Source: Intrasporangium sp. (lineage in GTDB: Bacteria; Actinomycetota; Actinomycetes; Actinomycetales; Dermatophilaceae). Taken from it: DNA of 64,000 bases. Position 1 is the first letter of the stretch, and the number at the start of each line of letters is the position of its first letter. A model generated the notes under the pieces. It had not been told where the DNA came from. It made no database searches and worked only from the letters and a program-made list of their open reading frames with translations. The DNA lies in the NCBI RefSeq assembly GCF_035688975.1, contig NZ_DASSMH010000115.1, positions 41,253 to 105,252 of the forward strand, written 5' to 3'. This document shows positions 41,856 to 51,065 of this stretch, piece by piece. The translations under genes were made by a program, and so were the position numbers.

Positions 41856-43361
41856 TCAACAGGCCATGAGGCCGAGGGCGAAGCCACGAGCGTGCAGCCG
41901 CGGGACGAGCAGGTCGACGGCCGCCACGGTCTGTGACCGGTCGCCGCCGCCGTCATGGAGCAGGATCCGGGCGCCGGGAGCGACGGCCGCGAGAACCCGG
42001 TCGACGATCGTCCACGTGCCCGGCCGCGACCAGTCGCGGGGGTCGACGGTCCAGAGGATCTGGCGCTGGCCGCGTCCCACGATGATGCCGAGCACCCGGC
42101 TGTTCGTGGCGCCGTAGGGCGGGCGGACACAGCGGGGCCGGTAGCCCAGCGCGGACTCCATGCGGTCCAGCTCCGAGGTGATGGAGGCGTTCGGGAGGGT
42201 CGTCAGGTCCGGGTGGTCCCAGGTGTGGTTGCCGACGAGGTGACCTGCGGCGCGCACGGATCGGGTGACGTCCGGGGCGGCCGCGATGTTCTGTCCGACC
42301 TCGAAGAAGACCGCACGAACGCCGTACTTGAGAAGGACCGCAAGGACCTGCGGGGTATAGGTGCGGTGGGGGCCGTCGTCGAAGGTGAGGTAGACCGTCC
42401 CGGCAGACGGCGGCGGCGGCGGCGGAGGTGGAGGTGGAGGTGGCGGGGGCGGGGGCGCGGCGCCTTCGCCCGGGAGGCGGATCGCCTGCCAGCCGGCGCC
42501 GATGACGGGGTAGGGCGAGACCCACCCGCCGGTCCCGTTGCCTCGATACAGGATGAGGTGCCCGTCGGCGGCCCGGGCGAGGACGTCGCTTCGCCCGTCG
42601 CCGGACCAGTCGCCGACGCCGAGGAGTGCCGTGAACTGGTTCCAGCCCCGGCCGACCACCATGGCGCCGGTGACGCCACCGGCGCCGTCCCCCCGGAAGA
42701 GCTGCAGGTCGCCGGTGGCGGTGTTGCGGGCGAGGAAGTCGACGACCCGGTCGCCGTCCCAGTCGCCGGTGAGCACGAGGCCGTCGTACGAGCCCCAGCC
42801 GCTGCCGACCTGCCTGGCCCCGGAGAACCCGCCCGTCCCGTTGCCGGTGTAGAGCCAGAGTGCGCCGGTGTCCCTGCGGACGGCGAGCAGATCGGCTCGT
42901 CCGTCGCCGCTCCAGTCCCCCGGCGAGAAGATCTGGCTGAAGACGTTCCAGCCGCTGCCGATGGCCGTCCAGTCGCGGAACCCCCCGGCCCCGTTGCCGG
43001 AGTAGAGCCACAGGGACCCGTTGTTCGGGTCCCGGGCGATGACGTCGGTCCCCGGCCGGCCGTCCCAGTCGCCGACGAGGCGGATGTGGTCCCGCGCGCT
43101 CCATCCGGTGCCGAGCTGGGTGCGCACCCCGGAGAAGCCGCCGAGGCCGTCGCCGCGATAGAGCCAGAGCACGCCGTCGCTCGTCGGGCCGACGATGTCG
43201 GGGTGGCCGTCGCCGCTGAAGTCGGAGGCCACCGTCGCGGTGACCGGGGTCACGGCCCCCGCCGGTGTCGCGGGCCCCATGGCGGGAAGGGCCAGTGCCC
43301 CGGTCAACAAGGCCCCGCAGAGCGCCGCACCCCACCTGCCACCACGCCCACGGCCGTTCAT
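41856..43361 (-). CDS. Secreted FG-GAP/VCBS-repeat protein fused through a poly-Pro linker to a polysaccharide deacetylase (NodB/CE4) domain
   Basis: Signal peptide, then repeated GDWxGDGxxD(L/V) ... LWLY.G.G.GGF modules (about 6). A run of 17 consecutive Pro follows. Then YLTFDDGPHRTYTPQVL..., NHTWDHPDL and ILLHDGGGDR. Confidence 0.85.
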   Translation of the reverse strand: MNGRGRGGRWGAALCGALLTGALALPAMGPATPAGAVTPVTATVASDFSGDGHPDIVGPTSDGVLWLYRGDGLGGFSGVRTQLGTGWSARDHIRLVGDWDGRPGTDVIARDPNNGSLWLYSGNGAGGFRDWTAIGSGWNVFSQIFSPGDWSGDGRADLLAVRRDTGALWLYTGNGTGGFSGARQVGSGWGSYDGLVLTGDWDGDRVVDFLARNTATGDLQLFRGDGAGGVTGAMVVGRGWNQFTALLGVGDWSGDGRSDVLARAADGHLILYRGNGTGGWVSPYPVIGAGWQAIRLPGEGAAPPPPPPPPPPPPPPPPSAGTVYLTFDDGPHRTYTPQVLAVLLKYGVRAVFFEVGQNIAAAPDVTRSVRAAGHLVGNHTWDHPDLTTLPNASITSELDRMESALGYRPRCVRPPYGATNSRVLGIIVGRGQRQILWTVDPRDWSRPGTWTIVDRVLAAVAPGARILLHDGGGDRSQTVAAVDLLVPRLHARGFALGLMAC

Positions 43362-43437
43362 GATCAGCCCTTCACGCCCCTCAGGGCCATGGTCGCGCGG
43401 CAGCCTCCGCAGGGGTAGGGGCCAAGGTCCCGCCCGT

Positions 43438-43515
43438 CTCAGCGGTGGTTCTCAGTGGTGGTTCTCAGTGGTGGTTCTCAGCGGTGGTTCTCAGCGGTGG
43501 TTCTCAGAGGTGGTT
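43438..43515. repeat. 13-bp tandem repeat x6 (CTCAG(C/T/A)GGTGGTT)
   Basis: Six contiguous units. The last supplies the final codons and TGA stop of the aminotransferase on the - strand. The array lies 77 bp upstream of the deacetylase start codon. Confidence 0.9.
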
Positions 43516-44946
43516 CTCCGCCTCCGTGAGCACCGACCGCAGCCGCGACTCCATCTCGTCGAACTGCTCCGGGCCCATCGTCAGCGGCGGCGCGAGCTGC
43601 ACGACGGGGTCGCCGCGGTCGTCGGCGCGGCAGTAGAGCCCCGCGTCGAAGAGCGCCTTGGACAGGAAGCCGCGCAGCAGCCGCTCGGCCTCTGCGTCGT
43701 CGAAGGTCTCGCGCGTCGCCTTGTCCTTGACCAGCTCGATCCCGTAGAAGTAGCCGGCGCCGCGGACGTCGCCCACGAGCGGCAGGTCGAGCAGCCGCTC
43801 GAGCGTGGCGCGGAACGCCGGGGCGTTGTCCTTAACGTGCTGGGTCAGGCCCTCGCGCTCGAAGATGTCGAGGTTGGCCATGGCGACGGCCGCCGAGACG
43901 GGGTGGCCGCCGAAGGTGTAGCCGTGCGGGAAGTACGTCGTGCCGTGCCGGAAGGGCTCGAAGAGCCGGTCGCTCGCGATCATCGCGCCGATGGGGGAGT
44001 AGCCGCTCGTCAGCCCCTTGGCGCAGGTGATGATGTCGGGCACGTAGCCGAAGTCGTCGCAGGCGAACATCGAGCCGATCCGCCCGAAGGCGCAGATGAC
44101 CTCGTCGGAGACGAGCAGCACGTCATGCGCGTCACAGATCTCGCGGACCCGCTGGAAGTAGCCGGACGGCGGCGGGAAGCAGCCGCCCGAGTTCTGCACC
44201 GGCTCGAGGAAGACCGCCGCGACGGTGTCCGGCCCCTCGAACTCGATCGCCTCGGCGATGCGGTCCGCGGCCCACCGGCCGAAGGCCTGCTCGTCGTGTC
44301 GCAGGTGCTCCGGTGCCCGGTAGGCGTTGGTGTTGGGCACCTTGAACGCGCCGGGCACGAGCGGCTCGAACATCTCCTTGGCGGCCGGTATGCCGGTGAT
44401 GGACAGGGCTCCCTGCGGGGTGCCGTGATAGGCGACGGCGCGGGAGATGACCTTGTGCTTCGTCGGCCTGCCCGTCAGCTTGAAGTACTGCTTGGCCAGC
44501 TTCCACGCCGTCTCGACCGCCTCGCCGCCACCCGTGGTGAAGAAGACCCGGTTGAGGTCGCCGGGAGCGTATGCCGCGAGCCGCTCGGCGAGCTCGATCG
44601 CGCTCGGGTGCGCGTAGGACCAGAGCGGGAAGAACGCCAGCTCGCGGGCCTGGCGTGCGGCCGCCTCGGCGAGCTCCTCGCGGCCGTGCCCGACCTGGAC
44701 GACGAAGAGCCCGGCGAGGCCGTCGATGTACTCGTTGCCACGGTCGTCCCAGAGGGTCCAGCCACGGCCTCGGGTGATGACCGGGACCGAGTGCCCCAGT
44801 CCGCCCGCCGAGCCGGGCTCCTCGAAGACCGAGTGCCGCGTGAAGTGCATCCACAGGTGGTCGCGGGCCGCCTGGGCGTAGGTGGCGCCGGTGCGGGTGG
44901 ACCGGTCGGACTCCGGCTCCCACACGTCGTTCGGGTCGACGGTCAT
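43504..44946 (-). CDS. Class III PLP-dependent (omega/GABA/putrescine-type) aminotransferase
   Basis: GNEYIDGLAGLFVVQVGHGR, FFTTGGGEAVETAWK, LLVSDEVICAFGRIG and TCAKGLTSGYSPIG (PLP-Lys). Confidence 0.88.
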   Translation of the reverse strand: MTVDPNDVWEPESDRSTRTGATYAQAARDHLWMHFTRHSVFEEPGSAGGLGHSVPVITRGRGWTLWDDRGNEYIDGLAGLFVVQVGHGREELAEAAARQARELAFFPLWSYAHPSAIELAERLAAYAPGDLNRVFFTTGGGEAVETAWKLAKQYFKLTGRPTKHKVISRAVAYHGTPQGALSITGIPAAKEMFEPLVPGAFKVPNTNAYRAPEHLRHDEQAFGRWAADRIAEAIEFEGPDTVAAVFLEPVQNSGGCFPPPSGYFQRVREICDAHDVLLVSDEVICAFGRIGSMFACDDFGYVPDIITCAKGLTSGYSPIGAMIASDRLFEPFRHGTTYFPHGYTFGGHPVSAAVAMANLDIFEREGLTQHVKDNAPAFRATLERLLDLPLVGDVRGAGYFYGIELVKDKATRETFDDAEAERLLRGFLSKALFDAGLYCRADDRGDPVVQLAPPLTMGPEQFDEMESRLRSVLTEAENHL

Positions 44947-45434
44947 CGGGTCCCCCAGTTGTAGAGCTGTTTGTTGAGCTTGAGGTAGACGAAGGTCTCC
45001 GTGACGGTCACGGAGGGAAGGTTTCGGATCCGGGTGGTGAGCAGCTCGAGCAGGTGGTCGTCGTCCTCGCAGACCACCTCGGCGAGGATGTCGAAGCTGC
45101 CGGCGGTGGTGACGACGTAGGAGACCTCCTCGATGGCGGAGAGCGCCTGCGCCACTGCAGTCATGTCGCCGGCGACCCGTATGCCGACCATCGCCTGGCG
45201 TTGGAAGCCCACCTGCAGAGGGTCGGTCACGGCGACGATCTGCATCACCTGGGCATCGAGCAGGCGCTGCACGCGCTGGCGCACCGCCGCCTCCGACAGG
45301 CCCACCTCGCCGGCGATCGAGGCATAGGACTTTCGCCCGTCCTGCTGCAGCTGCTCGATGATCGACTTGGAGACGTCGTCAAGGCTGGTCGGGGCCTGGC
45401 GGCCCGGCCGCCCGCGGGCCCGCTTGGTCGTCAT
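44943..45434 (-). CDS. Lrp/AsnC family transcriptional regulator
   Basis: LDDVSKSIIEQLQQDGRKSYASIAGEVGLSEAAVRQRVQRL (HTH) plus a RAM domain. The stop overlaps the aminotransferase start (ATGA). Confidence 0.88.
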   Translation of the reverse strand: MTTKRARGRPGRQAPTSLDDVSKSIIEQLQQDGRKSYASIAGEVGLSEAAVRQRVQRLLDAQVMQIVAVTDPLQVGFQRQAMVGIRVAGDMTAVAQALSAIEEVSYVVTTAGSFDILAEVVCEDDDHLLELLTTRIRNLPSVTVTETFVYLKLNKQLYNWGTR

Positions 45435-45546
45435 GCCTCGATGGTGACCTGCGCAACCGCGCCTTGGCAACCACGATTGCGACTGAATCCGAAGCCAGCG
45501 CACCGACAGCCTTTCGAATTCGTAGGGACCGGCCTACCATGCCCAC

Positions 45547-46995
45547 ATGACGAACCGGCCTCGCCCGCTGCGCAACTTCGTCGGTGGCCGGTATGTCGAG
45601 CCGGCCAGCGACACCCGGACCGAGGTCGTCAACCCGGCCACGGCGACGGTGGTGGCGACCGCCCCGGTGAGCGGTCAGGCCGATGTCGACGCGGCATACG
45701 ACGCGGCGGCCCAGGCCTTCGCGACGTGGGGGGAGACGACCCCGAGCGCGCGCCAGCACGCGCTGTTGAAGTTCGCCGACGCCATCGAGCGGCGGGCCGA
45801 CGAGCTCGTGCGGCTCGAGGTGGAGGACACGGGCAAGCCGCGCTCGCTCACGGCGAGCGAGGAGCTGCCGCCCATGGTCGACCAGCTGCGCTTCTTCGCC
45901 GGCGCGGCGCGGGTGCTCGAGGGCCGGGCGGCGGCGGAGTACCTGCCCGGGCACACGTCGTGGGTGCGGCGGGAACCCATCGGGGTCGTCGGCCAGGTCA
46001 CGCCGTGGAACTACCCCATGATGATGGCCATCTGGAAGGTCGGGCCCGCCCTCGCCGCGGGCAACACCGTCGTGCTCAAGCCCTCCGACACGACGCCCCA
46101 GACGACCCTGCTGCTCGCGGAGATCGCCTCGGAGTTCCTGCCCGACGGCGCCTTCAACGTCGTCACCGGCGACCGCGAGACAGGCCGGATGCTCGTCGAG
46201 CACCCGACACCGGCCATGGTCGCCATCACCGGCTCGGTGCGCGCGGGCATGGAGGTGGCCGCCAGCGCGTCGCGCGACGTCAAGCGCGTGCACCTCGAGC
46301 TCGGCGGCAAGGCGCCGGTCATCGTCTTCGACGACGCGGACGTCGAGGCCGCGGCGGCGGGCATCGGCCTCGCCGGCTACTTCAACGCGGGCCAGGACTG
46401 CACGGCCGCCACCCGGGTGCTGGCCGGGCCCCGCGTGCACGACGACTTCGTGGCCGCCCTCGCGGACTACGCCCGGAACGAGGCCAGGGTCGGTATGCCG
46501 GACGACCCGGGCGCCCTCGTCGGCCCGGTCAACAACCGCAACCAGGTGCGCCACGTCGCGGGCTTCCTCGACCGGCTGCCCGAGCACGCCCGGGTCGCCG
46601 CCGGCGGCTCGCGGGTCGCGGCTCTGGGCGACGGCTTCTTCTTCGAGCCGACGGTGCTCGCCGGGCTGCACCAGGACGACGAGCAGGTGCAGTCGGAGAT
46701 CTTCGGCCCGGTCATCACCGTGCAGCGGTTCACCGACGAGGAGCAGGCCCTCGCGTGGGCCAACGGCGTGGACTACGGCCTCGCGTCGAGCGTCTGGACC
46801 CGCGACTTCGGCAAGGCGATGCGGATGAGCAAGCGGCTCGACTTCGGGTGCGTGTGGATCAACACGCACCTCCCCCTCGTCGCGGAGATGCCGCACGGCG
46901 GGTTCAAGCACAGCGGCTACGGCAAGGACCTGTCGATGTACGGCCTCGAGGACTACACCCGGGTCAAGCACGTCATGGCCAACCTCGAGTCGTGA
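45547..46995 (+). CDS. NAD-dependent aldehyde dehydrogenase (gamma-amino/guanidino-butyraldehyde dehydrogenase-like)
   Basis: ALDH motifs: [35 protein letters not shown] (catalytic Cys) and EIFGPV. Confidence 0.88.
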   Translation: MTNRPRPLRNFVGGRYVEPASDTRTEVVNPATATVVATAPVSGQADVDAAYDAAAQAFATWGETTPSARQHALLKFADAIERRADELVRLEVEDTGKPRSLTASEELPPMVDQLRFFAGAARVLEGRAAAEYLPGHTSWVRREPIGVVGQVTPWNYPMMMAIWKVGPALAAGNTVVLKPSDTTPQTTLLLAEIASEFLPDGAFNVVTGDRETGRMLVEHPTPAMVAITGSVRAGMEVAASASRDVKRVHLELGGKAPVIVFDDADVEAAAAGIGLAGYFNAGQDCTAATRVLAGPRVHDDFVAALADYARNEARVGMPDDPGALVGPVNNRNQVRHVAGFLDRLPEHARVAAGGSRVAALGDGFFFEPTVLAGLHQDDEQVQSEIFGPVITVQRFTDEEQALAWANGVDYGLASSVWTRDFGKAMRMSKRLDFGCVWINTHLPLVAEMPHGGFKHSGYGKDLSMYGLEDYTRVKHVMANLES

Positions 46996-47018
46996 CTGCC
47001 GCGGGCTAGGCTGCGCGG

Positions 47019-48113
47019 GTGAGCCGCTACGGTGCGCAGTTCGGCCCCGATGTCACCTTCCTCGGGGTGGAGCGGTGCGACCTCGACGTGCCCGAGTCGT
47101 ATGCCGGTGCCGACGTCGTCATCGTCGGCGCCCCCTTCGACGGAGGAACCTCCCACCGGCCGGGGGCCCGCTTCGGCCCGCAGGCGATCCGGACGACCGA
47201 CTACCTGCCCCAGGACGGCTCGCGGCCGTCGCTGGCGCTGCGCACCGACGGCCTCGTGGACCTGCGGGTCCTCGACGCAGGCGACGTCGAGATGTACTCG
47301 GGCGACATCGAGAGGGCGCTGCCCGCGCTCGAGGCCGCGGTCGAGAAGGTCGCTCGCGCCGGGGCCATCCCCGTCGTCCTCGGCGGCGACCACTCCATCG
47401 CCTACCCCGACGCCAAGGGCGTGGCCAACGTCCTCGGTCACGGGCGGGTGTCGATGGTCCACTTCGACGCCCACGCCGACACCGGCGACATCGAGTTCGG
47501 CTCGCTCTGGGGCCACGGCCAGCCGATGCGGCGGCTCATCGAGTCCGGCGCCCTGCGCGGCGACCGCTTCCTCCAGGTGGGTCTGCGCGGCTACTGGCCC
47601 GGGCCGCAGACCCTCGACTGGATGGCACACCAGGGCATGCGGTCCTACGAGATGACCGAGATCGGCCACCGGGGCCTCGACGACTGCCTCACCGAGGCGT
47701 TCGCCATTGCCACCGACGAGTGCGACGGCGTCTTCCTCAGCGTCGACATCGATGTCTGCGACCCCGGTCACGCCCCGGGCACCGGCACCCCGGAGCCCGG
47801 TGGGCTCTCCGCACGCCAGCTGCTGGACGCCGTCCGCCGAGTCTGCCTCGAGCTGCCCGTCGTGGGCGTCGACGTCGTCGAGGTGTCGCCGCCCTACGAC
47901 CAGGCCGACATCACCGCCGCGTTGGCCAACCGGGTTGTCCTGGAAGCCCTGTCGGCCATCGCCCGCAAGCGCCGCGACGCCCGGGACGGCATCCGGTGGG
48001 ACCCGTCCATCGCGCTCCTGTCGGGCCGCGTTCCCGAAGGCCGCCGCGGCCGCGCTGACGAGCACCGAGCCACCACCCGAGCGCCCCGTCCACTGACACC
48101 GGAAGGTCCCTGA
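47019..48113 (+). CDS. Ureohydrolase family protein (agmatinase / guanidinobutyrase-like)
   Basis: VGAPFDGGTSHRPGARFGP, GGDHSIAYP, HFDAHADT and SVDIDVCDPGHAPGTGTPEPGG. It has an unusual basic C-terminal tail of about 45 aa. GTG start. Confidence 0.85.
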   Translation: MSRYGAQFGPDVTFLGVERCDLDVPESYAGADVVIVGAPFDGGTSHRPGARFGPQAIRTTDYLPQDGSRPSLALRTDGLVDLRVLDAGDVEMYSGDIERALPALEAAVEKVARAGAIPVVLGGDHSIAYPDAKGVANVLGHGRVSMVHFDAHADTGDIEFGSLWGHGQPMRRLIESGALRGDRFLQVGLRGYWPGPQTLDWMAHQGMRSYEMTEIGHRGLDDCLTEAFAIATDECDGVFLSVDIDVCDPGHAPGTGTPEPGGLSARQLLDAVRRVCLELPVVGVDVVEVSPPYDQADITAALANRVVLEALSAIARKRRDARDGIRWDPSIALLSGRVPEGRRGRADEHRATTRAPRPLTPEGP

Positions 48114-48114
48114 C

Positions 48115-49578
48115 ATGACCGCCACTCGCGAGCGAACCGTCCTCGAGGCCGTCCCCACCGGGCTGCTCATCGGCGGGCGGTGGCGCGACGCCACCGGAGG
48201 CGCCACGCTGGCCGTCGACGACCCCGCGACCGGCGAGACGCTGGCCCGCGTGGCTGACGCCACCGTCGCCGACGGGCGCGCGGCGCTCGACGCCGCCGTG
48301 GCTGCGCAGGCCGACTGGGCCGCCGTCCCGCCCCGCGATCGCGGAGAGCTGCTGCGCGCGGCATACGAGAAGCTCACCGCCCGCGCCGACGACTTCGCCA
48401 TGATCATGACGCTCGAGATGGGCAAGCCCCTCGCCGAGTCGCGGGGCGAGGTGGCATACGGCGCCGAGTTCTTCCGGTGGTTCTCCGAGGAGGCGGTCCG
48501 GGTCGGCGGGCGCTACTCGACCTCCCCGAACGGCGCGACCCGCCTGCTGACGATGAAGCAGCCGGTCGGGCCGACCCTCATGATCACGCCGTGGAACTTC
48601 CCGCTGGCGATGGGTACGCGGAAGATCGGCCCCGCCATCGCCGCCGGCTGCACCATGGTGATGAAGCCGGCGAGCGCCACCCCGCTGACGATGCTCGCGC
48701 TCGCCGAGCTGCTGCGCGAGTGCGGCCTGCCCGACGGGGTGCTCAACGCCATCACGACCAGCTCCACCGGGCAGGTCATCGAGCCGCTCATCCGCGACCC
48801 GCGGCTGCGCAAGCTCACCTTCACCGGCTCGACGGAGGTCGGGCGCACCCTGCTCGAGCAGGCGTCGCAGCAGGTCCTGCGCGTGTCGATGGAGCTCGGC
48901 GGCAACGCGCCGTTCCTCGTCTTCGGCGACGCGGACCTGGACAAGGCGGTCGACGGGGCGGTGACCGCCAAGATGCGCAACATGGGCGAGGCATGCACGG
49001 CGGCCAACCGGTTCTACGTCCACGAGTCGGTGGCCGAGGAGTTCTCGCGGCGACTGGCCGAGCGGCTGGGGGCGCTGCGGCTCGGCCGGGGCACCGACGA
49101 CGGCGTGGACGTCGGGCCGCTCGTCGACGCGAAGTCGCGGGACAAGGTCTCCGCCCTCGTCGACGACGCGGTCGCCAAGGGGGCGAAGGTCCTCGTCGGC
49201 GGCTCCTCGCCGGAGGGCGCCGGCTGGTTCTACCGCCCCACGGTGCTCTCCCAGGTGCCCGCCGACGCCCGACTGGCACGGGAGGAGATCTTCGGCCCCG
49301 TGGCGCCGGTGTCGAGCTTCACCAGCGACGAGGAGGCCGTGCGGATGGCCAACGACACCGAGTACGGCCTCGTCGCCTACCTCTTCACCCGGGACCTGTC
49401 CCGCGCACTGCTCGTCTCGGAGGCGCTCCAGTTCGGCATGGTCGGCGTCAACCAGGGCATCGTGTCCAACCCCGCTGCTCCCTTCGGCGGGGTCAAGGCG
49501 AGCGGCGTCGGGCGCGAGGGCGGCTTCGAGGGCATCGAGGAGTACCTCGAGACCAAGTACGTGGGGCTGGCCCTCTGA
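48115..49578 (+). CDS. gabD: Succinate-semialdehyde dehydrogenase (NAD(P)+)
   Basis: Typical GabD: ITPWNFPLAMGTRKIGPA, VSMELGGNAP, RNMGEACTAANR and EEIFGPV. Confidence 0.85.
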   Translation: MTATRERTVLEAVPTGLLIGGRWRDATGGATLAVDDPATGETLARVADATVADGRAALDAAVAAQADWAAVPPRDRGELLRAAYEKLTARADDFAMIMTLEMGKPLAESRGEVAYGAEFFRWFSEEAVRVGGRYSTSPNGATRLLTMKQPVGPTLMITPWNFPLAMGTRKIGPAIAAGCTMVMKPASATPLTMLALAELLRECGLPDGVLNAITTSSTGQVIEPLIRDPRLRKLTFTGSTEVGRTLLEQASQQVLRVSMELGGNAPFLVFGDADLDKAVDGAVTAKMRNMGEACTAANRFYVHESVAEEFSRRLAERLGALRLGRGTDDGVDVGPLVDAKSRDKVSALVDDAVAKGAKVLVGGSSPEGAGWFYRPTVLSQVPADARLAREEIFGPVAPVSSFTSDEEAVRMANDTEYGLVAYLFTRDLSRALLVSEALQFGMVGVNQGIVSNPAAPFGGVKASGVGREGGFEGIEEYLETKYVGLAL

Positions 49579-49613
49579 GTCGTGCTCGCTCCCTCGCGCG
49601 GTATGCCGCCCGT

Positions 49614-49737
49614 CGAACGGCTGGCGGATCAGCTGGTGGATCAACCGGCGAATCAGCTGGTGGATCAACTGGCGGATCAACTGGCGTCTGATGTCGTCAG
49701 GGCAGCAGCAACGGCCAGTTGATCTGCCAGTTGATCG
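49614..49737. repeat. Palindromic 12-mer-array element, copy D
   Basis: Five left units (GGATCAGCTGGT GGATCAACCGGC GAATCAGCTGGT GGATCAACTGGC GGATCAACTGGC), core GTCTGATGTCGTCAGGGCAGCAGCAACG, then two right units GCCAGTTGATCT GCCAGTTGATCG. Confidence 0.88.
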
Positions 49738-49767
49738 GCTCGGCCGAGGCTGGGAGAGAATGCGCGG

Positions 49768-50979
49768 GTGACTGACGCTGCCCGCTCGACGCGGCCCCGG
49801 CGGGTCGTCCTCCTCGGCTCGACCGGCTCCATCGGGACCCAGGCGCTCGACCTCGTCCGGCGCAACCCCGACCGCTTCGCCGTCACCGGGCTGTCCGCCG
49901 GGGCCAACCTCGAGCTCGTCGCGCGGCAGGCGGCCCTGCTGCGGGTGCCGGTCGTGGCGGTCGCCGTGGACGACGAGCAGGCCCTCGCGACGGCGATCGC
50001 CAGGGCGGCCGACGAGGCGGGCACGGCGGCATACGACCCGGAGCTGCTCACCGGACCCGACGCGAGCACCGCCCTCGCCGCCCGGGAGGCCGACGTCGTG
50101 CTCAACGGCATCACCGGCGCCATCGGCCTCGCGCCCACCCTCGCCGCGCTGGAGGCCGGCACGACCCTTGCCCTGGCCAACAAGGAGTCGCTCATCATCG
50201 GCGGCCCGCTCGTCAGGCGGGCGGCGGCGCCGGGCCAGCTCGTGCCGGTCGACTCGGAGCACAGCGCCATCGCCCAGTGCCTGCGCGGGGGACGGGCCGA
50301 GGAGGTCCGACGGCTCGTCATCACGGCGAGCGGCGGCCCCTTCCGCGGGCGCACCCGGGCCGACCTGCAGGAGGTCACCGTCGAGCAGGCCCTCGCCCAC
50401 CCCAACTTCGCGATGGGACCGGTCATCACGACGAACTCGGCCACGCTCGTCAACAAGGGGCTCGAGGTCATCGAGGCGCACCTGCTCTTCGACGTGCCGT
50501 TCGAGCGCATCGACGTCGTCGTGCACCCGCAGCAGGTCATCCACTCGATGGTGGAGTTCACCGACGGCTCGACGATCGCGCAGGCGTCCCCGCCGTCGAT
50601 GCTCATCCCCATCGCCCTCGGGATGGCCTGGCCGCACCGGGTGCCGGGCGCGGGGCCGGCCATCGACTGGAGTCAGGCCGCGTCGTGGGACTTCGAGCCG
50701 CTCGACCAGACGGCCTTCCCCGCGGTGGCGCTCGCGAAGCAGGTCGGCGCGGCGGGGGGCACGTGGCCCGCGGTCTACAACGCGGCCAACGAGGTGTGCG
50801 TGCAGGGCTTCTTCGACGGCCGGCTGCGGTTCGTCGACATCGTCGACGAGGTGGCCCGGGTCGTCGAGGCGTATGCCGCCGAGCCCGGGTCGCGGGTCGC
50901 CGACGTGAGCCTCGCGGACGTGCTCGAGGCCGACCGCTGGGCCCGTGCGGCGGCCGTGGAGGTCCCCACCACCCCTTGA
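49768..50979 (+). CDS. dxr: 1-deoxy-D-xylulose 5-phosphate reductoisomerase
   Basis: [31 protein letters not shown] and [12 protein letters not shown] start. Confidence 0.95.
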   Translation: MTDAARSTRPRRVVLLGSTGSIGTQALDLVRRNPDRFAVTGLSAGANLELVARQAALLRVPVVAVAVDDEQALATAIARAADEAGTAAYDPELLTGPDASTALAAREADVVLNGITGAIGLAPTLAALEAGTTLALANKESLIIGGPLVRRAAAPGQLVPVDSEHSAIAQCLRGGRAEEVRRLVITASGGPFRGRTRADLQEVTVEQALAHPNFAMGPVITTNSATLVNKGLEVIEAHLLFDVPFERIDVVVHPQQVIHSMVEFTDGSTIAQASPPSMLIPIALGMAWPHRVPGAGPAIDWSQAASWDFEPLDQTAFPAVALAKQVGAAGGTWPAVYNAANEVCVQGFFDGRLRFVDIVDEVARVVEAYAAEPGSRVADVSLADVLEADRWARAAAVEVPTTP

Positions 50980-51065
50980 CCGCGAGCCGAGGCGGGAGCG
51001 CGTCGCCGGTGAGGCGCTCCCACCTCGAATCGATAGATTCACGGTCCGGGTGTGACAATTGAGCA

